Shown piece by piece: positions 1-10,600 of a stretch of 64,000 nucleotides of DNA. The stretch comes from Candidatus Subterrananammoxibius californiae (lineage in GTDB: Bacteria; Planctomycetota; Brocadiia; Brocadiales; Subterrananammoxibiaceae), in assembly GCA_030586555.1 (NCBI GenBank), contig JAURAC010000007.1, forward strand, positions 35,611-99,610, in the 5' to 3' direction. Below the pieces are notes generated by a model. It did no database searches, was not told the DNA's origin, and saw nothing but the letters and a program-made list of their open reading frames with translations. Made by a program: the position numbers and the translations under genes. Numbering within the stretch: the first letter of the stretch is position 1; each line of letters opens with the position of its first letter.

Positions 1-2085
1 AAAGGTCTTGAGCAGGCGAAGAAATATGCTCGTTTGAATCATGTCCCCTTTGTATATTCTTCCAATGGACATCTGTTTGTAGAATATGACCACTTTACTG
101 GTGAAACCACAGGACCGCGCTCTGTCACAGATTTTCCAACGCCTGAGAAACTTCGTGAGCGCTATGAGCAAGGTGTAGGTTTCTTATTAGAAAGTGAAAG
201 TGCCAGGCCGCTTCTGATTCCGTATCCAGGCGGAGAGGCACGTAGACGTTATTATCAGGACGCCGCTATTCGTGCGTTACTTGAGAAAATAGCCAGAGGT
301 AAAAAACGTTTGCTTCTTTATCTGGCTACTGGTTCAGGTAAGACCTTTATTGCAGTTCACCTTCTAAAAAAGATTGCAGATGCAAAACAGCTTCGCCGTG
401 CTTTATTCGTATGTGACCGAGATGAATTACGCACCCAAGCACTTTCAGCTTTCCAAAATGTTTTTGGGGCTGACGCAGCAGAAGTGACAACATCAAACCC
501 TCAAAAGAACGCCCGCATCTTGATTGCAACCTATCAAACACTCAATGTGTCAGGAGAAACTGAAGACGCCAAGTTCTTCCTTGAAAATTATCCTAAAAAT
601 TATTTCAGCCATATTATTATTGATGAATGCCACAGAAGCGCATGGAGGAAATGGAGTATCGTGCTTAGCCAAAACCCAGAGGCTGTTCAAGTAGGGCTCA
701 CCGCAACCCCGCGCTCCTTTGAAGGAGGAACGCAAGAGGAACGCCGAGGGGATGAAGAAATTACCGCTAATAATCTACAATATTTTGGCAAGCCTGTTTA
801 TGAATATGACATGACACAGGGTATTGAAGATGGCTACCTACCTGCCTGTGAAATCATAAGACGAGAAACAAATCTTGATATAACAGGTGTAACACGTGAG
901 GATATAGAACGTCTTGGGGCAAAGGACCCCATAACTGGCGAACAATTCATGGTAGCTGAAGCCCGTGAGCACTACGAAGCCACGTCCTTTGAAGAAATTA
1001 TCCAGCTTCCTGACAGGGTAAAAGCAATGTGCAAAGACCTTTTTGAGATGCTTCTTCAAACCGGCGACCCTCACCAAAAGAGCGTTATCTTTTGCACACG
1101 CGATACTCATGCCGATGCTGTTACCGCTGAAATGAACAATCTCTACGCTGATTGGTGTACCCAAAACGGGCAGGGTCGTCTTGACCCCTATGCCTTCAAA
1201 TGCACCGCTGCTGTGGGAGGAAGTCAGTATATTGCAGACTTGCGAGGCTCACACCATAGCCACTTTATTGCAACCACAGTTGATTTAATAACCACCGGTG
1301 TTGATGTTCCAATAGTTCGCAATATAGTCTTTTTCAAATATGTCCGCTCACCTATATCATTCCAACAAATGATGGGACGTGGTTCAAGGATTGACATGCC
1401 TACCAATAAATTAATGTTTCGCGTCTATGATTACACAAATGCCACGCGCCTATTAGGAAAAGACTTTACAACCCACCCTTCTCCAACACGAGGAACTGAA
1501 GGACCCGGAGAACCTGAAAAGGTAATCTGTGTAGAAGGGTTTGACGTCCATGTAAATCCAGCAGGCACATATATTGTTACAAAGAAGGAAGGCAAGTTAG
1601 GCATGGTTACAGTGGAAGAATATAAACAAACCCTGGCTCAACGTCTAATAGAGGAGGTGAAAACAATAGATGATTTTCGGAACCTATGGATTGACCCACA
1701 GAAGCGAAAAATACTTATTGAACTGTTACCCGACAAGGAACAAGGTATTCGATTACTCCGCGAGCTTATGAATCGTCAGGAATATGACCTTTACGATGTG
1801 CTGGCAGAGATTGTTTATGGAATCAACCCCAAAGACCGTGCAGAACGTGTTTCTGCACTACAATATAAGCACAGTGAATGGCTTAAAAGTCTTCCTCAAG
1901 AGACAAAGGATACCTTGCTCGCCCTTGCAAGGCAATTTGAAAGGGCTGGAATTGAAGAGTTAGAAAATCCTTATGTATTCGATGCCCCCGATGTGATAAA
2001 ATCAGGCGGTCTTGAGGCTTTAAAGGTTTTGGGCGAACCAAAAGATATTATAAATGAGACTAAAAAGAGGCTATACGCAGCATGA
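1..2085 (+). CDS. hsdR: Type I restriction enzyme R subunit (5'-truncated by the window edge)
   Basis: Frame is open from position 1. Helicase motifs ATGSGKT, DECH and QMMGRGSR; EcoEI-like C-terminal region; overlaps hsdS. Confidence 0.9.
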   Translation, partial: KGLEQAKKYARLNHVPFVYSSNGHLFVEYDHFTGETTGPRSVTDFPTPEKLRERYEQGVGFLLESESARPLLIPYPGGEARRRYYQDAAIRALLEKIARGKKRLLLYLATGSGKTFIAVHLLKKIADAKQLRRALFVCDRDELRTQALSAFQNVFGADAAEVTTSNPQKNARILIATYQTLNVSGETEDAKFFLENYPKNYFSHIIIDECHRSAWRKWSIVLSQNPEAVQVGLTATPRSFEGGTQEERRGDEEITANNLQYFGKPVYEYDMTQGIEDGYLPACEIIRRETNLDITGVTREDIERLGAKDPITGEQFMVAEAREHYEATSFEEIIQLPDRVKAMCKDLFEMLLQTGDPHQKSVIFCTRDTHADAVTAEMNNLYADWCTQNGQGRLDPYAFKCTAAVGGSQYIADLRGSHHSHFIATTVDLITTGVDVPIVRNIVFFKYVRSPISFQQMMGRGSRIDMPTNKLMFRVYDYTNATRLLGKDFTTHPSPTRGTEGPGEPEKVICVEGFDVHVNPAGTYIVTKKEGKLGMVTVEEYKQTLAQRLIEEVKTIDDFRNLWIDPQKRKILIELLPDKEQGIRLLRELMNRQEYDLYDVLAEIVYGINPKDRAERVSALQYKHSEWLKSLPQETKDTLLALARQFERAGIEELENPYVFDAPDVIKSGGLEALKVLGEPKDIINETKKRLYAA

Positions 2086-3320
2086 TTGAAAAATATCCGC
2101 TTCCTGAAGACTGGCACTGGGTGAGACTTGGGGAAGCAGTAGAACGTATTCAGTATGGAATTTCAAAGAAATTAAACTCAGAAAGTAAGGGATACCCTAT
2201 AATTAGGATGGGCAATATAGATGAAGGAATACTAAATCTTTCTGATATAAGATTCGTAGATCTATCAGAACAAGAAGCAAAGAAATATTTCCTTTTACAT
2301 GGGGATATTTTAATTAATAGAACAAATAGTGCTGAGTTAGTTGGTAAATCAGCAGTTTTTACAGAACAAGATAATTACGTTTTCGCTTCGTATTTAATCC
2401 GTCTCAAGGTGAAATATTCAGAGGTAGAACCATATTTCTTAAACTATATCATAAATTCTTTTATTGGCAGGAACTATGTAGCACGAGTTGCAAGAAGAGC
2501 AATAGGGCAAGTTAATATCAACTCAAAGGAAATAAGCGCAATGGAGGTTCCACTGCCTCCCCTACCTGAGCAAAAGCGCATTGCAACAAAGATTCAGGAA
2601 CTAATGCAAGAGGTGGAGCGTGCCAGAAATGCCTGCGAAAGGCGGTTAGAGGCAGCCAAAGCCCTCCCTGCCGCTTATCTACGACAGGTCTTTGAAAGCG
2701 AAGAGGCAAAAAAGTGGGAAAGAAAGCGATTGGGAGAAACGTTGGAGATTATTGAAAGTGGTAGTCGTCCAAAAGGGGGTGTTTTTGAAATAAAAGAGGG
2801 TATTCCATCAATAGGAGCAGAGCATCTAAATTCTTTTGGTAAATTCAATTTTGGTAACATGCGTTTCATTCCTAAGGAGTTTTATCAAGGAATGACTAAG
2901 GGAAAAATCCAAAAACAAGATGTCTTAGTGGTAAAAGACGGTGCAACAACAGGAAAGGTTTCCTTTGTAGGAAACGATTTTCCATATAATTATGCAGCTA
3001 TAAACGAACACGTTTTTAGATTAAGAGGAAAAGATTTTTTAAAGCAAGAGTTTCTTTTTTGGTTTTTATATTCTCCTTTAGGTCAAGCACAGATACAGCA
3101 GGAGTTTCACGGAGCCGCTCAAGGTGGTATAAATCAGCAGTTTGCAAAGGGCGTCTATATTCAAATTCCCCCTCTCTCCATACAACAACGCATTGTAACT
3201 GAACTCCAAGAAAAAATGGCTGAGGCTGAAAAACTTTGTACTGCAATTGAAAATCAATTAGAAGCCATCAATGCCTTGCCGCAGGCAATCTTAAAGAAGG
3301 CGTTCAGGGGTGAATTGTGA
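2082..3320 (+). CDS. hsdS: Type I RM specificity subunit
   Basis: Two variable TRDs, each followed by a conserved block (PLPPLPEQKRI / IPPLSIQQRI); ends ILKKAFRGEL. Confidence 0.93.
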   Translation: MIEKYPLPEDWHWVRLGEAVERIQYGISKKLNSESKGYPIIRMGNIDEGILNLSDIRFVDLSEQEAKKYFLLHGDILINRTNSAELVGKSAVFTEQDNYVFASYLIRLKVKYSEVEPYFLNYIINSFIGRNYVARVARRAIGQVNINSKEISAMEVPLPPLPEQKRIATKIQELMQEVERARNACERRLEAAKALPAAYLRQVFESEEAKKWERKRLGETLEIIESGSRPKGGVFEIKEGIPSIGAEHLNSFGKFNFGNMRFIPKEFYQGMTKGKIQKQDVLVVKDGATTGKVSFVGNDFPYNYAAINEHVFRLRGKDFLKQEFLFWFLYSPLGQAQIQQEFHGAAQGGINQQFAKGVYIQIPPLSIQQRIVTELQEKMAEAEKLCTAIENQLEAINALPQAILKKAFRGEL

Positions 3321-4840
3321 AGAAGGCAAAAAATAATTCCCGCAAAATTACAACACCGCAATCACTGAATGCCTACATAAAAGGCATCTGCGATATTATG
3401 CGGCGGTCTGGTAGGGCAGGGGCGCTTCAGTATGTGCCTGAACTTACATGGATGCTCTTCCTTAGGATACTCGATGAGAAAGAGCAGAGGGAAGAAGAGC
3501 AGGCAAAGGCGGTGAGCGCCGAGTTTAGTCCTTCACTTGAATATCCTTACCGCTGGCAAGACTGGGCTGACCCAGATGGCAAAAAGCACACTGAACTTCA
3601 GCTTGGAACACTCGGCGCATTTATGAGCTTTGTTAATGGTGAGCTTTTACCGACCCTTAGAAGGCTGAAGGATAAACCGGGAGCCACCTCAAGTCAAAAG
3701 GTAATTAGCGAAATTTTTTCATCTTTTGAAAGGACAGGTATAGATACTGAGCGTAATCTTTTAGATATTCTTGATAAAATTCATGAACTCTCCCTTGAAC
3801 ATGTAGATGAAACGCACATGTTCACACTTTCCCAAGTCTATGAGAGTTTACTTCAGAAGATGGGAGAGAAAAATAACGATGGCGGCCAGTTCTTTACTCC
3901 GAGAGAGGTTATACGCGTGATGGTGAGGGTGATTAACCCTGAAATTGGAGAAACTGTTTACGACCCGTGTTGTGGAACTGGCGGTTTTTTGGCTCAGGCG
4001 TATCAACTCATGAAGCACAAAGCGAAGACTGCTACAGATATAGAGACCCTCAAAACGAGTACTTTTTATGGGAGAGAAAAGGAAAACTTGGTTTATCCTA
4101 TTGCGCTGGCAAACCTGGCGCTTCATGAGATTGACGAGCCGCATATCTGGCATGGAAACACTTTAACCGGTAATGAGGTTTATGGTGGACTTTTTACAGG
4201 CGCTCCAGCACTCTTTGATATTGTGCTTACAAATCCTCCTTTTGGCGGCAAAGAGGGAAGGGATGCGCGAACCCATTTTGCTTATAAGACAGGCGCTACT
4301 CAAGTGCTTTTCTTACAACATGTGATAGATAGTTTGAAACATGGCGGAAGATGCGGAATTGTTATGGACGAGGGCGTCCTCTTTCGCACGAACGAAACTG
4401 CCTTTGTTCAGACCAAACGCAAGCTTCTCAATGAATGCAATCTATGGTGTATCGTAAGCCTTCCGCCAAAGGTTTTTTTAAACGCAGGCGCTGCCAGCAA
4501 GACAAACCTTCTATTTTTTACGAGGGGAGAGCCGACAAAGGAAATATGGTATTATGACTTGTCAGACCTCAATATAACCAAAAAACAACCTCTCACGATT
4601 CAACACTTTGAAGAATTCTTTAAACTCTTGAACCCTTCAACCTTTAAACTTTCCGAAGGTGAACGCTCCTGGCGTGTATCAATCGAAGAAATCCAGGCAA
4701 AGAATTACGATATCAAGGCTGTTAACCCTAATCGTAAAGGCATAGAGGATAACAGAACACCAGATGAATTGATTGATTTTATAGAGTCACAGACTAAGGA
4801 AATAACAAATGCTCTCACTACATTGCGGGTTAAAAGTTAA
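3317..4840 (+). CDS. hsdM: Type I RM N6-adenine methyltransferase
   Basis: Motifs GQFFTPREV, DPCCGTGGF (motif I) and NPPF (motif IV). Confidence 0.95.
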   Translation: MKKAKNNSRKITTPQSLNAYIKGICDIMRRSGRAGALQYVPELTWMLFLRILDEKEQREEEQAKAVSAEFSPSLEYPYRWQDWADPDGKKHTELQLGTLGAFMSFVNGELLPTLRRLKDKPGATSSQKVISEIFSSFERTGIDTERNLLDILDKIHELSLEHVDETHMFTLSQVYESLLQKMGEKNNDGGQFFTPREVIRVMVRVINPEIGETVYDPCCGTGGFLAQAYQLMKHKAKTATDIETLKTSTFYGREKENLVYPIALANLALHEIDEPHIWHGNTLTGNEVYGGLFTGAPALFDIVLTNPPFGGKEGRDARTHFAYKTGATQVLFLQHVIDSLKHGGRCGIVMDEGVLFRTNETAFVQTKRKLLNECNLWCIVSLPPKVFLNAGAASKTNLLFFTRGEPTKEIWYYDLSDLNITKKQPLTIQHFEEFFKLLNPSTFKLSEGERSWRVSIEEIQAKNYDIKAVNPNRKGIEDNRTPDELIDFIESQTKEITNALTTLRVKS

Positions 4841-4934
4841 GGGATTCATAAATATATATCGCCACGATAGCTTGTTTTACATCCCAAGACAAAGCGGATA
4901 CCGCCTTAAAAATAGCTAATTTTAGTCATTATAA

Positions 4935-4962
4935 ACGTCTGATAATATATATTATGTTACAC
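4935..4962. other. dif: XerC/XerD dif-like recombination site
   Basis: ACGTCTGATAA-TATATA-TTATGTTACAC has 11-6-11 architecture; right arm is close to the XerD arm TTATGTTAAAT and the left arm ends in ATAA. Confidence 0.8.
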
Positions 4963-5111
4963 ATATGGTGAAGTTTTGTTATTTAATGGTTTTTGGAGGC
5001 TTTAGGCATGGCATACTATATTGATATGACGTGGCCGTCATACCATGTCGCCATGACATAGTCTTGACGTGTGGGATAGTTTTGGGGCAAAAACCTTTGG
5101 CTGGGCAGTTT

Positions 5112-5149
5112 GACCCTGAGCTCACTGCCGAAGGATTAAGGTCGAAGCC
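5112..5149. repeat. CCTGAGCTCA..GCCGAAGG-family palindromic repeat
   Basis: Resembles the reverse complement of the element at 40401-40426. Confidence 0.5.
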
Positions 5150-5188
5150 TTTGTAAATTCAAGCCCGGTACGTGCCAGGTATGTTATT

Positions 5189-5632
5189 TCAGTCGATAAT
5201 AATTTTTACTATGGAACATACTGCCATTGCTATGACGCAAATAAGAATAATAAATATAAAGACTTTTATAGACCTAAAATTAATGCCTTCCATTATATAT
5301 AAACATTTCTTCAATAAATCGTTTTGACATTCTTGACCTGCAGTAAGTCTTTCCATTAGTTGTTGAACTATTGTTAAATCTGCTTCCGCATTTTCACCCT
5401 TGGCATCAGTATTTCCTTTTCCTTTATCGGTAATAGATGCAGATTCAAGTTCCGCCTTCTTCTTTAAGATGTCGGACATTTTAACATAAGTTACCTGGCG
5501 ATTCATATTATCTATGACGGCTCTTGTGTCCCATGAGCCGTCATATATGTATCGCCATATCTGCCGCCTCGACCTTCCAATAATCTGCTCCGCTTCCTTC
5601 AATGCAATCCATTCTGTACTATCAATATCCAT
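5189..5632 (-). CDS. Helix-turn-helix DNA-binding protein with predicted coiled coil and C-terminal transmembrane segment
   Basis: N-terminal WIALKEAEQIIGRSRRQIWRYI (excisionase/MerR-like HTH); hydrophobic C-terminus VFIFIILICVIAMAVCSIV. ATG 5632 chosen as start because a G-rich SD precedes it. Confidence 0.6.
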   Translation of the reverse strand: MDIDSTEWIALKEAEQIIGRSRRQIWRYIYDGSWDTRAVIDNMNRQVTYVKMSDILKKKAELESASITDKGKGNTDAKGENAEADLTIVQQLMERLTAGQECQNDLLKKCLYIMEGINFRSIKVFIFIILICVIAMAVCSIVKIIID

Positions 5633-5678
5633 GTGCAGTCCCCCCATATAAAATAAATTGCCCAGTTGTTTTTCGATA

Positions 5679-5708
5679 ATAGTAACATCACAAAATGTAC
5701 TTTGTCAA
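5679..5708 (-). promoter_or_regulatory. sigma70-type promoter for the HTH-TM gene
   Basis: TTGACA-18 nt-TACTAT with a TGn extension on the - strand. Confidence 0.5.
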
Positions 5709-6065
5709 TACTTTTTCATTCTGGGACAACTCTTATGTTTTTACTGAGGAGCGCATTTCTCATATCGACCTCTCCCCATCCAGGGGTGAACTCGCTCCGA
5801 TTTAAATTAATCTACAAGAGGTTATCAGGGGAAAAAATCACCTGCCGGTTGGGTATAGTTTTCTTACACTATTTATTCCCTCACATACTTTTTATATTTT
5901 AACATTTACGAGCTTACTGGATAGAAAAAAATATAGAATAACACATATTAACTCTTTTACTAATTATATTCTAAAGGTTTAGGTAAACTAATCCAATACC
6001 CAAAAATTTTAACCCCTGAATCAGAAAATATCAAATCCCGTACTACTGGACTAAAAGACAGGAAA

Positions 6066-6081
6066 TGGCACACTGTTAGCT
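6066..6081 (+). promoter_or_regulatory. Candidate sigma54 -24/-12 promoter upstream of fliW
   Basis: TGGCACACTGTTAGCT gives GG-N10-GC spacing, in an AT-rich intergenic region before flagellar genes. Confidence 0.4.
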
Positions 6082-6390
6082 ACTTTGTTGTTCGCCCTAA
6101 AAGCTCCTTAAAGGGTTACTTGTTTTATAAATATTTTCAGACTAAAAGATTACATAAAAATATCTACTAATTAGACAAAGAAAACCTATCATAAATGTTT
6201 AAAAATTCCACAACAAGATGTTGGATGTTACAATATTTATCGGAAGGGAGGTTGAAAGATGATTTAAAAATGCGCAATATTAATATGTTTAGTGTCTCAA
6301 TAAGTTTTTTTAAATTTTTGTAAACTTTGGAATCGCGAGTACCCGCGAAGCGGGTGCGTGCTGTCTTTGGCACGGAAAGGTGATAATACT

Positions 6391-6825
6391 ATGGAGATAA
6401 TGGAAAAAACAACGGATAGCCTTGAAGATGTTAAGGAGAATAATGTAATTACTTTTCGTCACGGAATATTGGGTTTTGAAAACTGTAAACGCTTTGTGAT
6501 AGTAAGCCTTGAAGAGGTCTGGCCATTTGAGTGGTTGCTTTCGATTGATAATCCCGCAGTTGGGTTCCCCATAATTAACCCGTTCATTTTCTGCCCTGAT
6601 TATGTTCCTAATATCCCTAAGGAAGAATTTGAGGATTTGGAGATTGATGAACCGGACGAGGCGGAGATGTTTTGCATAGCAACCATTGGTAACAACCCAA
6701 CAAAGGCAACGGCAAACCTTAAAGGACCAATTATCGTTAACACTGCAAAGAATATGGCAAAACAGTTTGTCCTGGGTGATGATTCCTACTCTGTTCACCA
6801 TCCTATTCAGAAGCCGGAAGATTAA
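6391..6825 (+). CDS. fliW: Flagellar assembly factor / CsrA antagonist FliW
   Basis: Motifs ITFRHGILGFE, FEWLLS, INPFIFCPDY and TANLKGPIIVN; adjacent to csrA. ATG 6391 follows GAAAGGTG. Confidence 0.93.
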   Translation: MEIMEKTTDSLEDVKENNVITFRHGILGFENCKRFVIVSLEEVWPFEWLLSIDNPAVGFPIINPFIFCPDYVPNIPKEEFEDLEIDEPDEAEMFCIATIGNNPTKATANLKGPIIVNTAKNMAKQFVLGDDSYSVHHPIQKPED

Positions 6826-6890
6826 CATAACAATTCCTGAATCTCCCGTGTTAAATACGGGGTCAGGACAGGTCCAGGAAGGTAGATAAA

Positions 6891-7193
6891 ATGCTTATTT
6901 TGACAAGGAAGTTAGGAGAAAGTATCACCATTGGCAATGACATAAAGGTTACAGTGCTCGACATGCAGGGTAAACAGGTTAAAATCGGGATAGCAGCGCC
7001 TAAGGAACTGAGCGTCTATCGGGAAGAAATTTATCAAAAAATTCAAGAGGAAAATAGAAAAGCAGCTATGACCAGCGAAATTAATCTACGAAAGGTAGTG
7101 GAAATCTCAAAATCTCTTCACGAAGCGAAGGATTTGCCTGCAACGTCAGTTGTTCAATTTAAAAATTTGATTAATAGCGAGTCAACAATTTGA
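6891..7193 (+). CDS. csrA: Carbon storage regulator CsrA with FliW-type C-terminal extension
   Basis: [15 protein letters not shown]...VKIGIAAPK...[18 protein letters not shown]. Confidence 0.96.
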   Translation: MLILTRKLGESITIGNDIKVTVLDMQGKQVKIGIAAPKELSVYREEIYQKIQEENRKAAMTSEINLRKVVEISKSLHEAKDLPATSVVQFKNLINSESTI

Positions 7194-8626
7194 GCCCCGG
7201 AACGAACATTTATTCAAAGACTCTTTCTCTTTGTATGATAGTCAAAGATGAAGCGTCGTATATAGAGGATTGCATTAAGAGTGTCTTACCAATTACCGAT
7301 GAAATCGTTGTTGTTGATACCGGTTCTGTAGACGGTACAACAGAAATAGCTAATCGGTATGGGGCAAGAATATTTCATCACAAATGGGATGATTCCTTCA
7401 GTGGGGCAAGGAATGTTTACATAAAACACGCAACAATGGACTGGATACTTGTTCTGGATGCGGATGAAAGGGTTGATTCTGAAGGTCTCCTTGCAATAGA
7501 CAACCTTCTCTCAGGTGGGGATGATTTCATGGGTTTCACCTTCATCTTACGGAATTATACCAATGACTCTACTACACTCGGATGGTCTCCTTCTGAAGAA
7601 AATAACCCATTCAGGAATGAGTTTAGCGGTTGGTATCCAACGCGTTCCATTAGACTTTTTAGAAATCATAAGGATATACATTATACAAGGACAGTTCATG
7701 AATCTGTCAGGGAATCCATTAATAAAATTAACGGCAAGATATTGAATTTGAATATTCCTATACATCATCTCGGTGATAGACGCGGTAAAGAAAATAAATA
7801 TATAAAGATGAAAACGTATGAAAGGCTTGGTAAGGAGCAAATTAAATTAAAACCGCAAGACGCACAGGCGTACTTCGAGTTGGGAAGAATATACCGTGAA
7901 CGCGGTGAATATGAAATGGCAGAAAAAATGCTCAAGAAGGCGAATGAAATAGATGAAGGCTATCCTCAAATCCATAATGAACTGGGCACGGTCTATTTAA
8001 ACCAGGAAAGGTTTGACGATGCCAGGATGGCTTTTAAAAAGGCTATCGTTTTAAACCCATCCTTTGCTGATGCGCACTATAATCTTGGCAACCTGTATGA
8101 AAGACTCAATGAATACGACATGGCTGCAGAGTCTTATCGTAAAGCAATCGAAATCAATCCGCAATTTGTAAATGCTTATAACAATCTCGGCCTTGTTTTA
8201 GATGGAGGTGGAAAAATTGATGAAGCCATTGAGGCATACCTGAAGGCAATTGAGATAAACCCTTATATAGCACTATCATACAACAATCTTGGCATCTCAC
8301 TTTTGAAAGTCTCAAAATTCTACGAGGCGATAGAGAGCTTTAAAAAGGCGATAGAACTTGATAATACATACTTTAAAGCACACTATAACCTCGGCAACGC
8401 TTACGCCAAGATGGATATGTACAAGGATGCAATTAGACAGTACCTTAAATGTGTAGAGATTGACAAAGAGGTTCCCGAACCATTTTTTAATCTGGGATTA
8501 ATACACTCGGTCAAACTACACGACAATAACCATGCAATGAACTACTGGAAAAGGTACATAGAACTAAAGCCGGATTCTGCTGAGGCAATGGCACTTATTA
8601 AATTGTTCGATTTCACACTCAACTAA
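7190..8626 (+). CDS. GT2 glycosyltransferase with TPR array (putative flagellin glycosyltransferase 1)
   Basis: [15 protein letters not shown] and LDADE motifs, then multiple TPR repeats. Confidence 0.88.
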   Translation: MSPGTNIYSKTLSLCMIVKDEASYIEDCIKSVLPITDEIVVVDTGSVDGTTEIANRYGARIFHHKWDDSFSGARNVYIKHATMDWILVLDADERVDSEGLLAIDNLLSGGDDFMGFTFILRNYTNDSTTLGWSPSEENNPFRNEFSGWYPTRSIRLFRNHKDIHYTRTVHESVRESINKINGKILNLNIPIHHLGDRRGKENKYIKMKTYERLGKEQIKLKPQDAQAYFELGRIYRERGEYEMAEKMLKKANEIDEGYPQIHNELGTVYLNQERFDDARMAFKKAIVLNPSFADAHYNLGNLYERLNEYDMAAESYRKAIEINPQFVNAYNNLGLVLDGGGKIDEAIEAYLKAIEINPYIALSYNNLGISLLKVSKFYEAIESFKKAIELDNTYFKAHYNLGNAYAKMDMYKDAIRQYLKCVEIDKEVPEPFFNLGLIHSVKLHDNNHAMNYWKRYIELKPDSAEAMALIKLFDFTLN

Positions 8627-8646
8627 CTTACCGGAGGTGTTGCGTT

Positions 8647-9468
8647 ATGGCACAATCAACGTACAAGGAAAAAAAGAAAAAGGTTACAGTTGTAAAAGGG
8701 AAAGGTGGCACAGGCATCTTGCCTGTGTCTTTAATGGTAAAAGCAGATAATAAGAAGGAGCGAAAAAAAACATTAAAAGAATTGAAAGATGCTGTTAAGA
8801 AAAATCCCGAGCACGCGGAACCAAATCTTGAACTGGGAAACTATTATTTTGAAAAAGGAAATGTTGAAGAAGGTCTCCCCTATTTAATAAAAGGATTAGA
8901 ACTTTCTTCAGAATTTGCAGATGGCAAGAATCTATTGGGAACAATATATTTCGGCAGGGGAGAAAATAAGAAGGCAGAAGAATGTTTTTTAAAAGCTATT
9001 GAATTAGACCCTGACCTTGCAGATGCGTATTACAATCTTGGAATTTTGAATGAATCCATGGGTGATAGGTGGGCAGCCATTGAGAACTTCCGCAAGGCAA
9101 CGGAAATAAATCCAAAAAATCCCCTTTCCTTTAACAATCTTGCCATCGAATATATCCATCTTGATATGTGGCAGGAAGCGGAAGCATGCCTTAAGAATGC
9201 TATAGGAGCGGACTCGCAATATATGGACGCAATTAACAATCTTGTTAAACTTTATGCAAAACGGAATGTTTTAGAAGAAGCGATTAGGAGATTTGAAGAA
9301 TGCATTAGTAGAAATGTTCGTGAGGTGGCTATATTCAATTTTCTCGGCGCTTGTTACCTGCACGTAGGTGAAGACCACAAGGCAAAAGAGATGTGGAATG
9401 AATCCTTAGCTTTAAAACCAGAGCAGGAAGAAATAAATAAAATCTTGGATTCTATGCCATTATACTGA
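8647..9468 (+). CDS. TPR repeat protein
   Basis: Tandem TPR motifs (AYYNLG, SFNNLA); N-terminus carries a palindrome-derived peptide. Confidence 0.8.
   Translation: MAQSTYKEKKKKVTVVKGKGGTGILPVSLMVKADNKKERKKTLKELKDAVKKNPEHAEPNLELGNYYFEKGNVEEGLPYLIKGLELSSEFADGKNLLGTIYFGRGENKKAEECFLKAIELDPDLADAYYNLGILNESMGDRWAAIENFRKATEINPKNPLSFNNLAIEYIHLDMWQEAEACLKNAIGADSQYMDAINNLVKLYAKRNVLEEAIRRFEECISRNVREVAIFNFLGACYLHVGEDHKAKEMWNESLALKPEQEEINKILDSMPLY
8707..8729. repeat. In-frame REP-like hairpin (GGCACAGGCA-TCT-TGCCTGTGTC)
   Basis: Inverted repeat inside the CDS, encoding GTGILPVS. Confidence 0.6.
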
Positions 9469-9565
9469 GCAAGGCATCCAGTCTGCGTGCGTCGCACAGG
9501 CAGGTTCGAGAGATATTCGCTTTATTAAAAAAAACATTTTGTAATTTTGCTAATGGAGGCATGGA

Positions 9566-10600
9566 TTGCACATTGGAAAGAATTCTATCATTTCTCCACA
9601 TGCCATTATAGAACAGCCAGAAAATGTTTATATCGGAGACAATGTACAGATTAAGCCCGGTGTTGTTTTACGCCCTGAAACAGGTTTAATATACGTAGGA
9701 AATAATGTCGTCATCAATCATTATACAGTTATTCATGCTAAGGGAGGATTGGAAATTAGTGATTGGACAATCATCGGTCCACACTGTGGCATATATGCTC
9801 AGAACCACTCGTTTGAATCATTTGACATGCCCATTACGAAGCAACCCAACAAAGGACTTGGGATTATACTGATGGGTGACAACTGGTTGGGAGCAGGGTG
9901 TATCATACTCGACGGAGTTACCCTTGGTAAAGGTACTATAGTAGGGGCAGGCGCTGTAGTAACAAAATCTTTTCCAATGGCAAAAGTAATAGCAGGCAAC
10001 CCGGCAAAAATTTTAAAAAATAGATTTCCTGTCAATCAATGGGATTTCCAGAAAGTAGAGAGATGTTCATCATCCTTAACACCTGAGGAATATTGGCCAT
10101 ATATAAATCATAGAGCACAATTTGGCTTGAAATATCTGCGTCCATCCGATGTCGTGCTCGATATTGGATGTGGCGATGGGTACATTACAAACATATTAAA
10201 AGATAAATGCAAGGATATAATTGGTATTGATTATTCCGAGGAGGCAGTTCAAGAAGCAAAAAAACAATATCCAACATTAGAATGTTGCCCTATGAGTTCA
10301 ACAAACCTTATTTTTAAACCTGAAAGTTTTGATAAGGTTGTTTGTTTTGAAATTCTTGAACATCAAACGCTCTCACAAGCAAGAAAAACAATAGATGAGA
10401 TACACAGAATTCTAAAACAAAATGGTATGATAATCGGTTCTACCCCTCTGAGAAATAATTGTAATACAACTCCTTCCACGTATGCCCACATATATGAATA
10501 CTCAGAGTCTGAATTAAGAGATTTACTCGGCAAGTTTCAAGGAGTTGAAATATCCCAAAACAACTTTTTTATTGGAAAGAAGCTTAGAAATGAGCACTAA
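9566..10600 (+). CDS. Hexapeptide-repeat (LbH) O-acyltransferase fused to a class I SAM methyltransferase
   Basis: IG-DN/IG-KN hexapeptide repeats and GNPAK, followed by VLDIGCGDG and FDKVVCFEILEH. Confidence 0.85.
   Translation: MHIGKNSIISPHAIIEQPENVYIGDNVQIKPGVVLRPETGLIYVGNNVVINHYTVIHAKGGLEISDWTIIGPHCGIYAQNHSFESFDMPITKQPNKGLGIILMGDNWLGAGCIILDGVTLGKGTIVGAGAVVTKSFPMAKVIAGNPAKILKNRFPVNQWDFQKVERCSSSLTPEEYWPYINHRAQFGLKYLRPSDVVLDIGCGDGYITNILKDKCKDIIGIDYSEEAVQEAKKQYPTLECCPMSSTNLIFKPESFDKVVCFEILEHQTLSQARKTIDEIHRILKQNGMIIGSTPLRNNCNTTPSTYAHIYEYSESELRDLLGKFQGVEISQNNFFIGKKLRNEH

Noticed and set aside
6368..6383. Second sigma54 site at TGGCACGGAAAGGTG
   Set aside because: No GC at -12; it overlaps the fliW SD.
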